Assembly (NCBI GenBank): GCA_963746175.1
Contig: CAVVAH010000008.1
Location: 800,377-864,376, forward strand
Reading direction: 5' to 3'
DNA length: 64,000 nucleotides
Source: an uncultured Actinomycetota bacterium
GTDB lineage: Bacteria; Actinomycetota; Actinomycetes; JACCUZ01
Notes under the pieces: model-generated
What the model saw: the letters and a program-made list of their open reading frames with translations, nothing else
Databases searched by the model: none
What the model was told of the DNA's origin: nothing
Part shown: piece by piece, positions 54,367 through 64,000 of the stretch
Numbering within the stretch: position 1 is the first letter of the stretch
Layout: the number at the start of each line of letters is the position of its first letter
Program-made: the position numbers and the translations under genes

Positions 54367-55989
54367 CTATCGCTGGTAGACGCGGACCCAGTCGACCTGG
54401 TAGTCCGCCGGGAACTGGGTCGACGAGGTCGGGGTTCCTGGCCACGACCCGCCGACCTGCATGTTCAGCCTGATGTTGAAGTTCCGGCCGAACGACTTGT
54501 CGATCCACGGGATGTCGCTGCGGCTCCGGGTGTAGGTGACCGTGTCGTCGACCAGGAACCGGATGACACCCGGCTCCCACTCCACGGCATAGGTGTGGAA
54601 CTTCTCCGACATCGTGTCGCCACCCGCGAAGGTGACCCCGTGCGCCTGCCTCGGGTAGGTGTTGTTGTAGTCCGCCCACAACGTCTGACTCACCGAGTTG
54701 TAGTTCCGCTCCCCCGCACCGGAACCGATCGCCTCCATGATGTCGATCTCGCCGTCACCACCGTCGTCGGGACGCAACCAGAACGCAGGCCACAGACCCT
54801 TGGACGTGTCAGCCTGCGTCGGCAGCTTCGCCCGCATCTCGAACCGCCCGTACGTGCGAGACATCTTGCCGATGGTGTCCAGGTAACCGGAGGTCCAGCT
54901 GCTGCTGTAGCCACCGCAGGTGTACTGCTCACGCTGCGCGACGATGTGCAGGACGCCGCCGCTGACCGCCACGTTCTGCGGCCGGCTCGTCAAGCAGGAC
55001 AGCTCGTTGGAGTTGTGGTCCCCGTTACGGACCCGCCACTTCGAACCGTCCACCGCGGAACCGTTGAACTCGTCCGACCAGGCCAACCGCCAGTTCGCCG
55101 GAGCTGGCGTCGTCGGAGCCGGCGGCGGCGGCGACGTGCTCGGGGCCGACGTGGTCGGTGCCGGTGCCGGCGCAGGCGTGGTCGGTGCCGACGTGGTCGG
55201 TGCCGGTGCCGGCGCAGGCGTGGTCGGTGCCGACGTGGTCGGTGCCGGTGCCGGTGCTGGCGAGGTCGCGCTCGGCGCCGACGAGGTCTTGCTCGGTGCC
55301 GGTGCCGGGGGGGTCGTCGTGACCGGTGCCGGCGCGTGGGTCTGTGCCGGCGCCGGCGCCGGTGCAGGTGTCGGTTTCGACGTGGTGGTGCTCGGTACGG
55401 GCGCCGACGTGGCCGTCCACAGCGTCACGTCGTCGATGTCCAGCGACGCCGACGATGGAAGCTGCCACGCGAGAGCATTCAGGTCGAGAGTCGCTCCGTC
55501 GCTCGCGGCCACATAGCTGAGGTTGACCTGCTGCCACCCCGTGGTCCTCAACCACACGCTCGCAACCTTCTGGCCGAGAAGGGTGGAACCGCGGTACTCC
55601 ATGACGCGCAGTGCAGCCGTGGTCCCCGGTGCCGTCGTGCGCAGCCATGCCGATGCGCTGTACACCACTCCTCGCTTGGTCTGCGACACCGTGTTGGCCG
55701 AATCGTTCAGCACGGATGTCAGGGGACCGGCCGACGTGTTCGTCACGTGACCCGCGAACGACCCACTGTGCCCCGCCGAACGTGTCAGGGTCGCGCCTGC
55801 CTTGGTCACCCAGCCTGTCGTGCTCGACTCGAAGGTCGGGTTCACGACGAGGTTCTCCTGGGCCGCCGAGGCCGAGAGGGCGAAGAAAGCGACGACGAGG
55901 GAGGCGGCGGAGACGATGGCGACTGGCGGGCCCAAAGTCTTTCCGGCCCTTTTCGCTGGGTGGGGGCGAGGGATCCGGTGACGGGACAT
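54367..55989 (-). CDS. secreted GH16 beta-glucanase with an N-terminal CBM-like domain and Pro/Thr-rich linker
   Basis: Signal peptide. PAPAPTTSAPTT x3 linker. Catalytic GEIDIMEAIG. The C-terminal about 265 aa are nearly identical to the next gene. Confidence 0.8.
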   Translation of the reverse strand: MSRHRIPRPHPAKRAGKTLGPPVAIVSAASLVVAFFALSASAAQENLVVNPTFESSTTGWVTKAGATLTRSAGHSGSFAGHVTNTSAGPLTSVLNDSANTVSQTKRGVVYSASAWLRTTAPGTTAALRVMEYRGSTLLGQKVASVWLRTTGWQQVNLSYVAASDGATLDLNALAWQLPSSASLDIDDVTLWTATSAPVPSTTTSKPTPAPAPAPAQTHAPAPVTTTPPAPAPSKTSSAPSATSPAPAPAPTTSAPTTPAPAPAPTTSAPTTPAPAPAPTTSAPSTSPPPPAPTTPAPANWRLAWSDEFNGSAVDGSKWRVRNGDHNSNELSCLTSRPQNVAVSGGVLHIVAQREQYTCGGYSSSWTSGYLDTIGKMSRTYGRFEMRAKLPTQADTSKGLWPAFWLRPDDGGDGEIDIMEAIGSGAGERNYNSVSQTLWADYNNTYPRQAHGVTFAGGDTMSEKFHTYAVEWEPGVIRFLVDDTVTYTRSRSDIPWIDKSFGRNFNIRLNMQVGGSWPGTPTSSTQFPADYQVDWVRVYQR

Positions 55990-56130
55990 GGGAAGCTCCG
56001 AGATGGTGGATGGAACAGCGATAGCGCGCGAACCTGACCGGGAGTACGACTGGTGGGTCGACCTTTCGTTGGGGGCGCTTGAGGTGGTTCACCCGTACGC
56101 AGGCGGCAAACGAGACGATCCTTACCAAGT

Positions 56131-56925
56131 CATGGCGCGGGCTATCGCTGGTAGACGCGGACCCAGTCGACCTGGTAGTCCGCCGGGAACTGGGTCGACG
56201 AGGTCGGGGTTCCTGGCCACGACCCGCCGACCTGCATGTTCAGCCTGATGTTGAAGTTCCGGCCGAACGACTTGTCGATCCACGGGATGTCGCTGCGGCT
56301 CCGGGTGTAGGTGACCGTGTCGTCGACCAGGAACCGGATGACACCCGGCTCCCACTCCACGGCATAGGTGTGGAACTTCTCCGACATCGTGTCGCCACCC
56401 GCGAAGGTGACCCCGTGCGCCTGCCTCGGGTAGGTGTTGTTGTAGTCCGCCCACAACGTCTGACTCACCGAGTTGTAGTTCCGCTCCCCCGCACCGGAAC
56501 CGATCGCCTCCATGATGTCGATCTCGCCGTCACCACCGTCGTCGGGACGCAACCAGAACGCAGGCCACAGACCCTTGGACGTGTCAGCCTGCGTCGGCAG
56601 CTTCGCCCGCATCTCGAACCGCCCGTACGTGCGAGACATCGTGCCGATGGTGTCCAGGTAACCGGAGGTCCAGCTGCTGCTGTAGCCACCGCAGGTGTAC
56701 TGCTCACGCTGCGCGACGATGTGCAGGACGCCGCCGCTGACCGCCACGTTCTGCGGCCGGCTCGTCAAGCAGGACAGCTCGTTGGAGTTGTGGTCCCCGT
56801 TACGGACCCGCCACTTCGAACCGTCCACCGCGGAACCGTTGAACTCGTCCGACCAGGCCAACCGCCAGTTCGCCGGAGCTGGCGTCGTCGGAGCCGGCGG
56901 CGGCGGCGACGTGCTCGGGGCCGGC
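56131..56925. repeat. about 0.8-kb near-perfect direct repeat (tandem duplication) of 54356-55150
   Basis: Identical runs, including cgggctatcgctggtagacgcggacccagtcgacctggtagtccgcc at both 54361 and 56136. Identical spurious antisense ORFs. Confidence 0.85.
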
Positions 56926-57596
56926 GGGGTCGTGGCCGCGGGCGTCGTCCCGGCCGCCTTCACCCGTGGAGACGCGCTGGGCGGCAGGCGCACGACGCGG
57001 ACCTTGTCGACATCGAACGCCTTGGCGACCGGCAGGGCCCAGGCGATGGCGACGACCCTGAGCGCGTCACCACGGGTCTTGGCCTTGTACCGCACCGTGA
57101 CCTTGTGCCACGCCCGGTCCGCGAGAACGACCCTGGACAGCACTCGACCGTCGACGCGATCGCCCGCTCGCTCCGTCAGGCGCAGCGCGACCTTCGTCCC
57201 GGGCGCCGTCGTGCGCAGCCGCGCGGTGGCCCGGTAGACCACGCCCTTGCGGGTCTCCGGCACGGCACCGGTGGGCGCGCGCAGCACAGCCTTCCGCGGC
57301 ACGGACAGGCTGTGGATCCGTGCAGCGCTCTCCGACTCGTATCCCGGTGCACTGCTCAGCCTCAGGCCCGGATCGACGTGCCATCCGCCGGTCGTGCGCT
57401 CGAAGTCTGCCCGCTGGACCAGAGCCGGCTGCGGCTGCGCGCCCGATGGGCTCTGCGCGCCCGATGCCATCTGGGCGCCCGCACCGCTCAGCGATCCGAC
57501 CATGGCGGCGATGGCGACGACAGGGACGGCGGCCGTTCTCCACCTGCCCCGAGGGCCGCGACGCTGCGCGCGTCCCGGTGCTCTGTGCTTCGGCAT
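56142..57596 (-). CDS. secreted GH16 beta-glucanase paralog with a different N-terminal beta-sandwich domain
   Basis: Same catalytic domain (GEIDIMEAIG) as 54367-55989, with one K/T difference. Distinct N-terminus. Confidence 0.8.
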   Translation of the reverse strand: MPKHRAPGRAQRRGPRGRWRTAAVPVVAIAAMVGSLSGAGAQMASGAQSPSGAQPQPALVQRADFERTTGGWHVDPGLRLSSAPGYESESAARIHSLSVPRKAVLRAPTGAVPETRKGVVYRATARLRTTAPGTKVALRLTERAGDRVDGRVLSRVVLADRAWHKVTVRYKAKTRGDALRVVAIAWALPVAKAFDVDKVRVVRLPPSASPRVKAAGTTPAATTPPAPSTSPPPPAPTTPAPANWRLAWSDEFNGSAVDGSKWRVRNGDHNSNELSCLTSRPQNVAVSGGVLHIVAQREQYTCGGYSSSWTSGYLDTIGTMSRTYGRFEMRAKLPTQADTSKGLWPAFWLRPDDGGDGEIDIMEAIGSGAGERNYNSVSQTLWADYNNTYPRQAHGVTFAGGDTMSEKFHTYAVEWEPGVIRFLVDDTVTYTRSRSDIPWIDKSFGRNFNIRLNMQVGGSWPGTPTSSTQFPADYQVDWVRVYQR

Positions 57597-58082
57597 CTGG
57601 CGTCGCCTTCCGTCTACCACGAGCTGCCCCGGGGGACACTGGTGCTCCTGGCGGTCGTCGGACCGAACGCTGCGGCGCTTGAGCGGCTTTGCCAAACCTG
57701 GGAGGAAGTGCGGCTCGTTCGTGGCGGGAGTGGCCGTGCGTAGGACGGCTCGGAGCGGTACACGTGATGTGGGCGAAGCATCTGTCTCCCGCGTCAGCGG
57801 GCTCCACCGGTGAGTGGAGCGAGGGGGGCGAGGAAGCACGCAAGACGTAGTGCCTCACGCACCGCCAGTCAGGTGGCTTCCCCCCACCGAGACGGCTCGG
57901 ACGAGCTGTTCCGTCATGCAGCCGGTGGTCATCCGTTAGGCCGCTTGACGACTCATGGATAGCCGATGTGGCAAGGAGATCGCAACTCGATCATCGATCG
58001 GCGCGCCACAGGCGTTCGCATGGTTACTGCGAGTACTTCTCTCGCTGCGCACACGTATCCGAGGCACCGTCCGGACGGCGAA

Positions 58083-58116
58083 CGGCCCGGCCGCAGCAGG
58101 GGCTGCGGCCGGGCCG
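58083..58116 (-). terminator. hairpin ggcccggccgcagc-agggg-ctgcggccgggcc downstream of the large secreted protein gene
   Basis: 14-bp perfect inverted repeat 20 nt after the stop at 58136. Confidence 0.5.
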
Positions 58117-58135
58117 GCGGAGCTGCCCGGCTCGC

Positions 58136-61100
58136 CTAGTTCGCCGCCTCGCGCAGGGCGAGATCATCGATGGCGACGGCCTTGGCGCCGACGTTCGTTC
58201 CCCCGCGCACCAACGACAGGTGCAGCTGCCCCGCCGCCGACACGCTGGAGTCGGTCTCCACCGCCGACCAGGTGGACGGCTCGACCTGGCCGTCCCGCCA
58301 GATGCGGAAGCTGATGGAGCTGCCGACGACGCGCAGCCGGAGCCACTGCTTGTCGGTCGTGACCGCCTGACCCCCAGTGACGTTGCGTAGGTTCGTCGTC
58401 ACACCGTTGACGTTCTTCTGGACGGTCACCGTGCCAGAGCTCGGGGAGAGCTGCAGGCCGTAGCCGTTGCGCGGCCGGTAGCCGTTCTGCCACCCGCCGG
58501 ATCCGCGGAGGTAGACGCTGAACGCCGCATTGGCAGTGAGCTGCTTCCAGCGGTACGAGAACAGGATCTCGGAGTCGGCGGTCGCGGCGACACCGGTCAG
58601 CTGTGCCCTGCTGTAGGCGTTCGTCACGTCCGTGAAGGACAGCTCTCCTTCGCCACCTTGGGTGAGCACGGCGCCACTGGCCGTGCCAGCAGACCAGCTG
58701 CTTCCCCAGGGAGAGCCGTCAGCCGCGGACCAGGTGTCTGCGAAGAGCAGCTGGGCACCGGCCGGCGTCGTCACATCAGCACCCGGGCTGTCACCACTCA
58801 CGTTCCCGGCGGCATCGACGGCGCGGACGGTCCAGTGATAGCTGGTGCCACCGGTCAGGCCCACATCGGTGAACGTCAGCCCGGAGACGGTGCCCGGCAG
58901 CGTCACGCCGTTGCGGACCACCTGGTAACCGACCACCCCGCGGTCGTCCGACGCTGCGGGCCACGTCAGGTCGGCCTGCGTCGCCGTCACATTGGTCGCC
59001 GTCAGTGCCGCGGGTGCGTTCGGCGCCGTCGTGTCCGAAGGCACGGTGACTGTGACGAGTGCGGAGCTCGCCTGGTTGCCGGAGGTGTCCGTGGCGACGA
59101 CCCGGAGCGTGTGCGAACCGACCGCGGTGGCGCTCCACGAGAACTCGTAGGGCAGGGCGTCATCCGTCGCGACCAGAGTGCCGTCGACCTCCAGGCCGAC
59201 CGAGGCGACCGCACGGTCGTCCGACGCCGTCGCCGTGACGGCGGTGTCGCCGTAGAGGACGGCCCCGTCCGACGGCGAGGTCAGAGAGGCGGTCGGCTTG
59301 GTGGTGTCAGGCGTGAGCACCGCGGCACCGACCGTTGTGGCGGAACGGTTCCCCTCGTCGTCGATCGCCCGGACGAAGTACGTCGCCGGCAGCGACGCCG
59401 TGGTGTCCGTGTAGTTCAAGGTCGTCGCAGACGTCGTCGCGATGACGCGGTCGTTGCGCAGGACCTCGTACGTCGGGCTGCCACTGGCGTCGGTCGAGGC
59501 GGACCAGGTCACCTTGATGCCTGTGTCGGTGGGGACCGCCTTCAGGTTCGTCGGGACGGTCGGGGCCGTGGTGTCACGCGGGCAGAACTTTCCGAACCCC
59601 CCGAGCCACTGGTAGGCGGTGCCCGTCCACGAGCCCTTCGTCATGTCGCCGCCGAACCAGAGGCAGCTGTTGGAGTCCTTCGTCAGCTCCCATGGTCCGA
59701 TGCCACCACGCGTGTCGAGCGAAGCCGGGTAGAAGTCCGGCAGGTACTCACCCGTGGTCGCGTCCCACGCGCCGATCAGGCTGATGGTGTTGACGTCCGT
59801 CGCCGACGGGATCGGGTCGTTGTAGCTCCGAGTGCCCGAGTAGTTCCAGTTGCCGCAGTGACAGGAACCGTAGACGACACCGTCGACGGCCCCGAGCGCC
59901 TGGAAGTCGCCCCCGGCCTTCGTCATGTTGGTGCTGACGAACGAGAAGTCGGCCCGGCGGTACTGGCTCATGATGTGCTCGGACCCGCCGACCCAGACGT
60001 AGTCGCCGACCTCCTTGATGGTCTGCTGGTAGGTCTTCGTCGTGCCCGTCGACGGCAGCCACGGCTGCAGTCCCGGCACGTTGGCGGCGCCCGCCGCCGT
60101 GCTGACCACACCGACCCGCGGTGAGGAGATGTGGTTGACCTCGTCGAAGTAGCCCGCGAAGTACACGCGGTCGCCACGGTCGCTGGCATCGACCTCGGCA
60201 GGCGTGCCGTCGAAGTTGGGCTTCCAGGTGCCGTCCGGCTTGCCGTCGCTCACGCGCAGCCGGGCGGCCCGGCCGATCGTCACCGGTCCCACACTCGGGA
60301 CACCGCCGGTGATCCGGTTGATGCGACCGACGACGTAGACGTAGCCGTCCTGGTAGTCCAGGGCCCTGACCTGGGGCGTGAGCCCTGTCGTGTTGACGTA
60401 GTCGACGCTGGCACGCCAACCCGGGTCGACCGCACCGGTCACCGGGTCGAGCGCGGCGAGGCCGGTGGTGCCCGGCTCACCGTTGACGCTGGTGAACTCG
60501 CCGGCGATGATCAACGTCCCCTGGGGTGTCGCCTGCAGGTCCCAGACCTCGCCGTTGACGACCGGCCTGAACGTGCTCAGCCACTCCCCCGTGTTCACGT
60601 CGAAGCCTGCGACGTAGGACTGGTGGATCTTCTCGGCGGGCGAGGGATTGGCTCCCTTCTGTACCCACTCGAAGGTGCCGCCCACGTACATGACATCGCC
60701 GACCTGGGCGAAGGACTCCACCTCGAGCGTCAGCTCACCCTTGTATCCCCCGACGATGCCTGTCACGCCCCACGGGGTCGTGTTGGACGTCTGGGACGAC
60801 ATCAGCGGGCGAAGCGTGCTCGCGGGAAGACCGGCGGCGGGGATGGTGGGGTAGGTCACCGAGGTGAGCTTCGGGCGGATGAAGACCTGCGAGAACGGCA
60901 GTGCCGACTTCTCGGCCGCGTACTGCCACAGGTAGTTGTTCGGGTCGTTGGCGCCGGAGATCTTGTTGCCGTAGGCGAAGCCCTGCTTGTAGTTGTGCGC
61001 CGCAGCGTCGTTGGTCGTCATCCGCAGCAGGTTCTGGTCACCGTTGACCGCCCACGACTGGGTGTTACCGCCGGAGTAGGTGGTCCCGTTGATGATCACG

Positions 61101-61646
61101 TTGGACATCAGCTCGCCGCCACCGATCGCCCAGGACCAGGTCGACCGGTTGGACATCTTCAGGCGCATCTCCTGCCACGCCGTACCGGTGGAGTTCGTGG
61201 CGCGGCGCACCCGGACGCCGTCAGGCAGGGCATCGACGCGGCCCCCGCCGAGCAGGCCCTGGACGGTCTGGGTCGGGTAGGTGGCCGGGGCGAAGGCAGC
61301 CGGCCCGGTGACCGTGGTGCGGAGTGCCGGTAGACCGCCCTGACCGGCCGGGCTCCACGTCCAGCCCTCCCTGCCGCGGCCGATGAGCACCCAGCCGCCG
61401 CCGTCGGTCGTCATGTCGCAGTAGAACTGACGCGGCGTGACGAGCTGCGGGGTCTGCAGCCAGTAGATCCCGTTGGCGCTCGACGGCTGGCTCTGCTTGA
61501 TCGCCCAGCACGACGGAGCCGCCGTGGCGGAGCTCACGCCGTCCGCCACCGACACCGCCGCCGTGGCGGGAGCGGGTGGCAGCGCGACCATGGTGGCGAT
61601 CAGCGTTGTGATGGTCGCGGCGAACCCCGCCCAACGGACCTGCTTC
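58136..61646 (-). CDS. large secreted multidomain protein: N-terminal fibrinogen-related domain, Ig-like/FN3 repeats, C-terminal concanavalin/LamG-like domain
   Basis: Signal peptide MKQVRWAGFAATITTLIATMVALPPAPATAA. FReD signature C..NGIYWLQTPQLVTPRQFYCDMTTDGGGWVLIGRG. FN3-like PNAPAALTATNVTATQADLTWPAASDDRGVVGYQVVRNG. The C-terminal about 200 aa are shared with the next protein. Confidence 0.75.
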
Positions 61647-61899
61647 ATCGAATTCCCCTTGTTGCGCATGGTGGGCGCCCCCCAGGGGCGGTGTTGAGAA
61701 GGCAACCTGACGCTGGTGCGATGGTGCGAGGTTGTCCCGGGTGTTGCCAGCCGGTCGGTGATGCTGCGTCCGCCGGCTGGCTGAATCGTTGACTCTCCGT
61801 ATCGGTCGGGTTCCGTGCTGTTCGTCTTGCCATTCCTCCCGTGGCCGTGACTCCCCTGGCGGGCCGGGACGACGGTGCTCGCCGTCCCGGCCCCCGTCC

Positions 61900-64000
61900 C
61901 TAGTTCAGGACCAGGTCGTCCAGCGCCACGAACTTGGCGCCGACGTTGCTCGCTGCCCGGTTGAGCGACAGGAACGTCTGCCCGTTGCCGGTCACGCTCG
62001 AGTCGGTCACCGTGGCCGCCCACGTGCCCGGCTCCGGGCTGCCGTCCAGCCAGGTACGGAACTGGATGGTCGAGCCCGTCGCCCGCAGCCGCAGCCAGTG
62101 CTTGGCGGTGCTGACTGTCTGCGCACCGGCAACGTTCTGGATGGTGGTGCGGGTCCCGGCGACGTTCTTCTCCAGCGTGATCGTCCCCGAGTTCGGCGTG
62201 ATCTGCAGGCCGTAGCCGTTGACCGGGCGGTAGCCGTTCTGCCAACCGCCGGAGCCTCGGACGTAGACGCTGAAGTACGAGCCCGCCGTCGTCGAGCTGA
62301 ACTGGTACGACGTCAGCAGGTCGGCGTCCGGACGAGCGGTCACCACGGTGAGCTGCGCCCGGGCGAACGCGCTGGCCACGTCGTTGAACGTGAGCCGGCC
62401 CTCGTTCGACTGGATGCTCGCGGCGCCGTTGGTGCCGCCCGTCGCCCAGGCCGCCGGCCACCCCGAACCGTTGGCTCCCGTCCACGTCTCCGTGTACAGC
62501 GAGCTGGACTCGGGGAGGGTCGTGATCCCGACCACGTTGCTGTCATCGCTGACGTTGCCGGCTGCGTCCACCGCGCGCACGGTGTACGAGTACGCCGTGC
62601 CCGGGGTGAGCCCGGTGTCGGTGAACGTCCGCACGCTCAGCGTGCCCGGCAGCACCGTCCCGTTCCGCACCACCCGGTAACCCGTGACACCACGGTCGTC
62701 CGTCGACGCGTTCCAGGCCAGGTCCACCGACGTCTTGGTGACGTTGCTGGCCGCGAGCCCGGTCGGTGCCGACGGGTCCTCCGTGTCCGGTGGGACGGTC
62801 ACGTGCACGACGGTCGACGAACCGGTGTTCCCGGCCGCGTCCTGAGCCACCGCCTGCAGCGTGTGGGCGCCTTCGTCCACGGCGTTCCAGCTGAAGCTGT
62901 ACGGCGCCGACGTGTCGTTGCCCACGGCACTGCCGTCCACGAGGAACTGGACCGCGGTCACGCCCCGGTTGTCGCTCGCCGTGGCCGTCACGTTCGTCGG
63001 CCCGAAGACGTTGCTGCCCTCGGACGGCGCCGTGATGCTGGCCGTCGGGTCCTCCGTGTCGGGACCGATCACGGTCACGTGCACCGCGTCGGACGTCCCG
63101 TCGTTGCCGGCTGCGTCGTGCGCGACCGTGCGCAGCGTGTAGTCACCTTCGGTGGCGTTCCAGGTGAAGGTGTACGGCGCCGTGCTGTCGGTGTCGACCG
63201 TCGAGCCGTCCACCTGCAGGTCGACCGAGGTCACGCCGACGTTGTCCGAGGCGTTCGCCTCGACGGAGGTGGCTCCGGCCTCGATGGTGTCACCCTCGAT
63301 CGGCGACGTGATCGCCGTGTCCGGCGCCAGGAGGTCCGGACCGCTACGACCGGAGGCGTGGTAGTGGTTGTCGACCTGGATGGCCGTCAGCGCGTTCGCG
63401 TAGATGGCGACCTCGTCGATCGTCCCGTTGAACCAGTCGCTGGACGGCCGGTCCGGCCAGAAGCCGAGGTTGTCGCCACCCACCCGCCAGTAGCCGCCGT
63501 AGCCCTGGTTCGTGGTGACGCCGTTCGAGTCGACCAGGGCGTCGTCCAGGTAGAGCTTCATCCCGGACGAGTCCTGCATCGCGACGACGTGGTGCCAGTT
63601 GCCGTCGTTCTGACCTGCTGCCGACCGCACGATGTCGAAGCTGCCGTTGTACACACCGAACTCGAGTCGGCCGTTGTCGGTCATCCAGACGTGCTTGTCG
63701 TAGGCGCCGCTGTTGCCGGTCTGGCTGTTGCCGAAGCCGATCAGCTTGCCGCCCTGGTTGGTGGTCGTCTTGAACCACAGCTCGGTCGAGAACGTCGAGG
63801 GTCCGCCGGTCGCGTTCGTGCTGGCGACGTTGCCCGTCGACCCGTTGAACGTCGCCGCGTTGCCGACGCCGCCGCTCAGCGCACCCGCCGCACCTTGCGT
63901 CACACCGCCGATGTACTGGCCGGTGTTGCCGCTGTCCGACGTGTCGGCAGCCGTCGTGCCGGACGTCTCGTCGAGGCGCCAGTAGGCGACCGGCGAGTCG
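61900..64000 (-). CDS. large secreted LamG/Ig-like/FN3 multidomain protein (paralog; N-terminus beyond the window)
   Basis: LamG-like LWFKTTTNQGGKLIGFGN...HHVVAMQD. Repeated Ig-like TAPYTFTWNA / SAPYSFSWNA modules. FN3. The same C-terminal domain as the 58136-61646 protein. No signal peptide at the first M, so the gene extends past 64000. Confidence 0.7.
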   Translation of the reverse strand, partial: DSPVAYWRLDETSGTTAADTSDSGNTGQYIGGVTQGAAGALSGGVGNAATFNGSTGNVASTNATGGPSTFSTELWFKTTTNQGGKLIGFGNSQTGNSGAYDKHVWMTDNGRLEFGVYNGSFDIVRSAAGQNDGNWHHVVAMQDSSGMKLYLDDALVDSNGVTTNQGYGGYWRVGGDNLGFWPDRPSSDWFNGTIDEVAIYANALTAIQVDNHYHASGRSGPDLLAPDTAITSPIEGDTIEAGATSVEANASDNVGVTSVDLQVDGSTVDTDSTAPYTFTWNATEGDYTLRTVAHDAAGNDGTSDAVHVTVIGPDTEDPTASITAPSEGSNVFGPTNVTATASDNRGVTAVQFLVDGSAVGNDTSAPYSFSWNAVDEGAHTLQAVAQDAAGNTGSSTVVHVTVPPDTEDPSAPTGLAASNVTKTSVDLAWNASTDDRGVTGYRVVRNGTVLPGTLSVRTFTDTGLTPGTAYSYTVRAVDAAGNVSDDSNVVGITTLPESSSLYTETWTGANGSGWPAAWATGGTNGAASIQSNEGRLTFNDVASAFARAQLTVVTARPDADLLTSYQFSSTTAGSYFSVYVRGSGGWQNGYRPVNGYGLQITPNSGTITLEKNVAGTRTTIQNVAGAQTVSTAKHWLRLRATGSTIQFRTWLDGSPEPGTWAATVTDSSVTGNGQTFLSLNRAASNVGAKFVALDDLVLN

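Noticed and set aside
53393-54679. N-terminal 100 aa of the 428-aa ORF (MGGLQQHLPEAGARG...)
   Set aside because: It is identical to the ORF at 56122-56454 only because both lie in the duplicated region, antisense-frame to the GH16 C-terminal coding sequence. The real GH16 starts near 54313-54342.
55100-55420. Regular nucleotide repeats (ggtgccggtgccggcgcaggcgtggtcggtgccgacgtggtc x3) that could be mistaken for a CRISPR array
   Set aside because: They encode the Pro/Thr/Ala-rich linker of the GH16 enzyme in frame. The units are contiguous, without spacers, and no cas genes are present.

Overview
This is a high-GC (about 70%) actinobacterial chromosomal segment. Gene content and synteny look Propionibacteriales/Nocardioides-like: eno-ftsB-DUF501-ppx, mfd-mazG, ppc, def, msrA, metB and CBS, and a TetR-MFS pair. 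The window is mostly core and housekeeping genes, followed from about 46 kb by an accessory cell-envelope region. That region holds a glycerol-phosphate/glycopolymer assembly locus (CDP-alcohol phosphatidyltransferase, Wzx, TagD, Wzz-like, Wzy-like and GT2), three tandem GH16 beta-glucanases of which two are a near-identical duplication, and two giant secreted paralogs. One paralog carries a bona fide fibrinogen-related domain. No rRNA or CRISPR was found. One tRNA is present, with a class-I fold and an apparent UAA anticodon. The signals the gene list does not explain are four. First, at least five same-orientation copies of a roughly 110-200 nt intergenic element built from a long perfect hairpin plus a conserved 3' tail (gcggacggcg...cctcctcc). 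Second, a tiny strongly SD-driven acidic (DGGA)n-repeat protein that heads an operon with a JmjC/cupin-4 oxygenase and a sucrase/ferredoxin-like protein. Third, an 11-codon ORF with a strong SD and a terminator hairpin upstream of an MFS transporter. Fourth, many apparent single-base frameshifts clustered at 9.7-11.6 kb and 23.4-28.4 kb, which suggests either indel sequencing errors or local gene decay. All calls were made by eye from the sequence and the six-frame track, with no database searches. The track translates alternative start codons as M, so start coordinates are approximate where noted.
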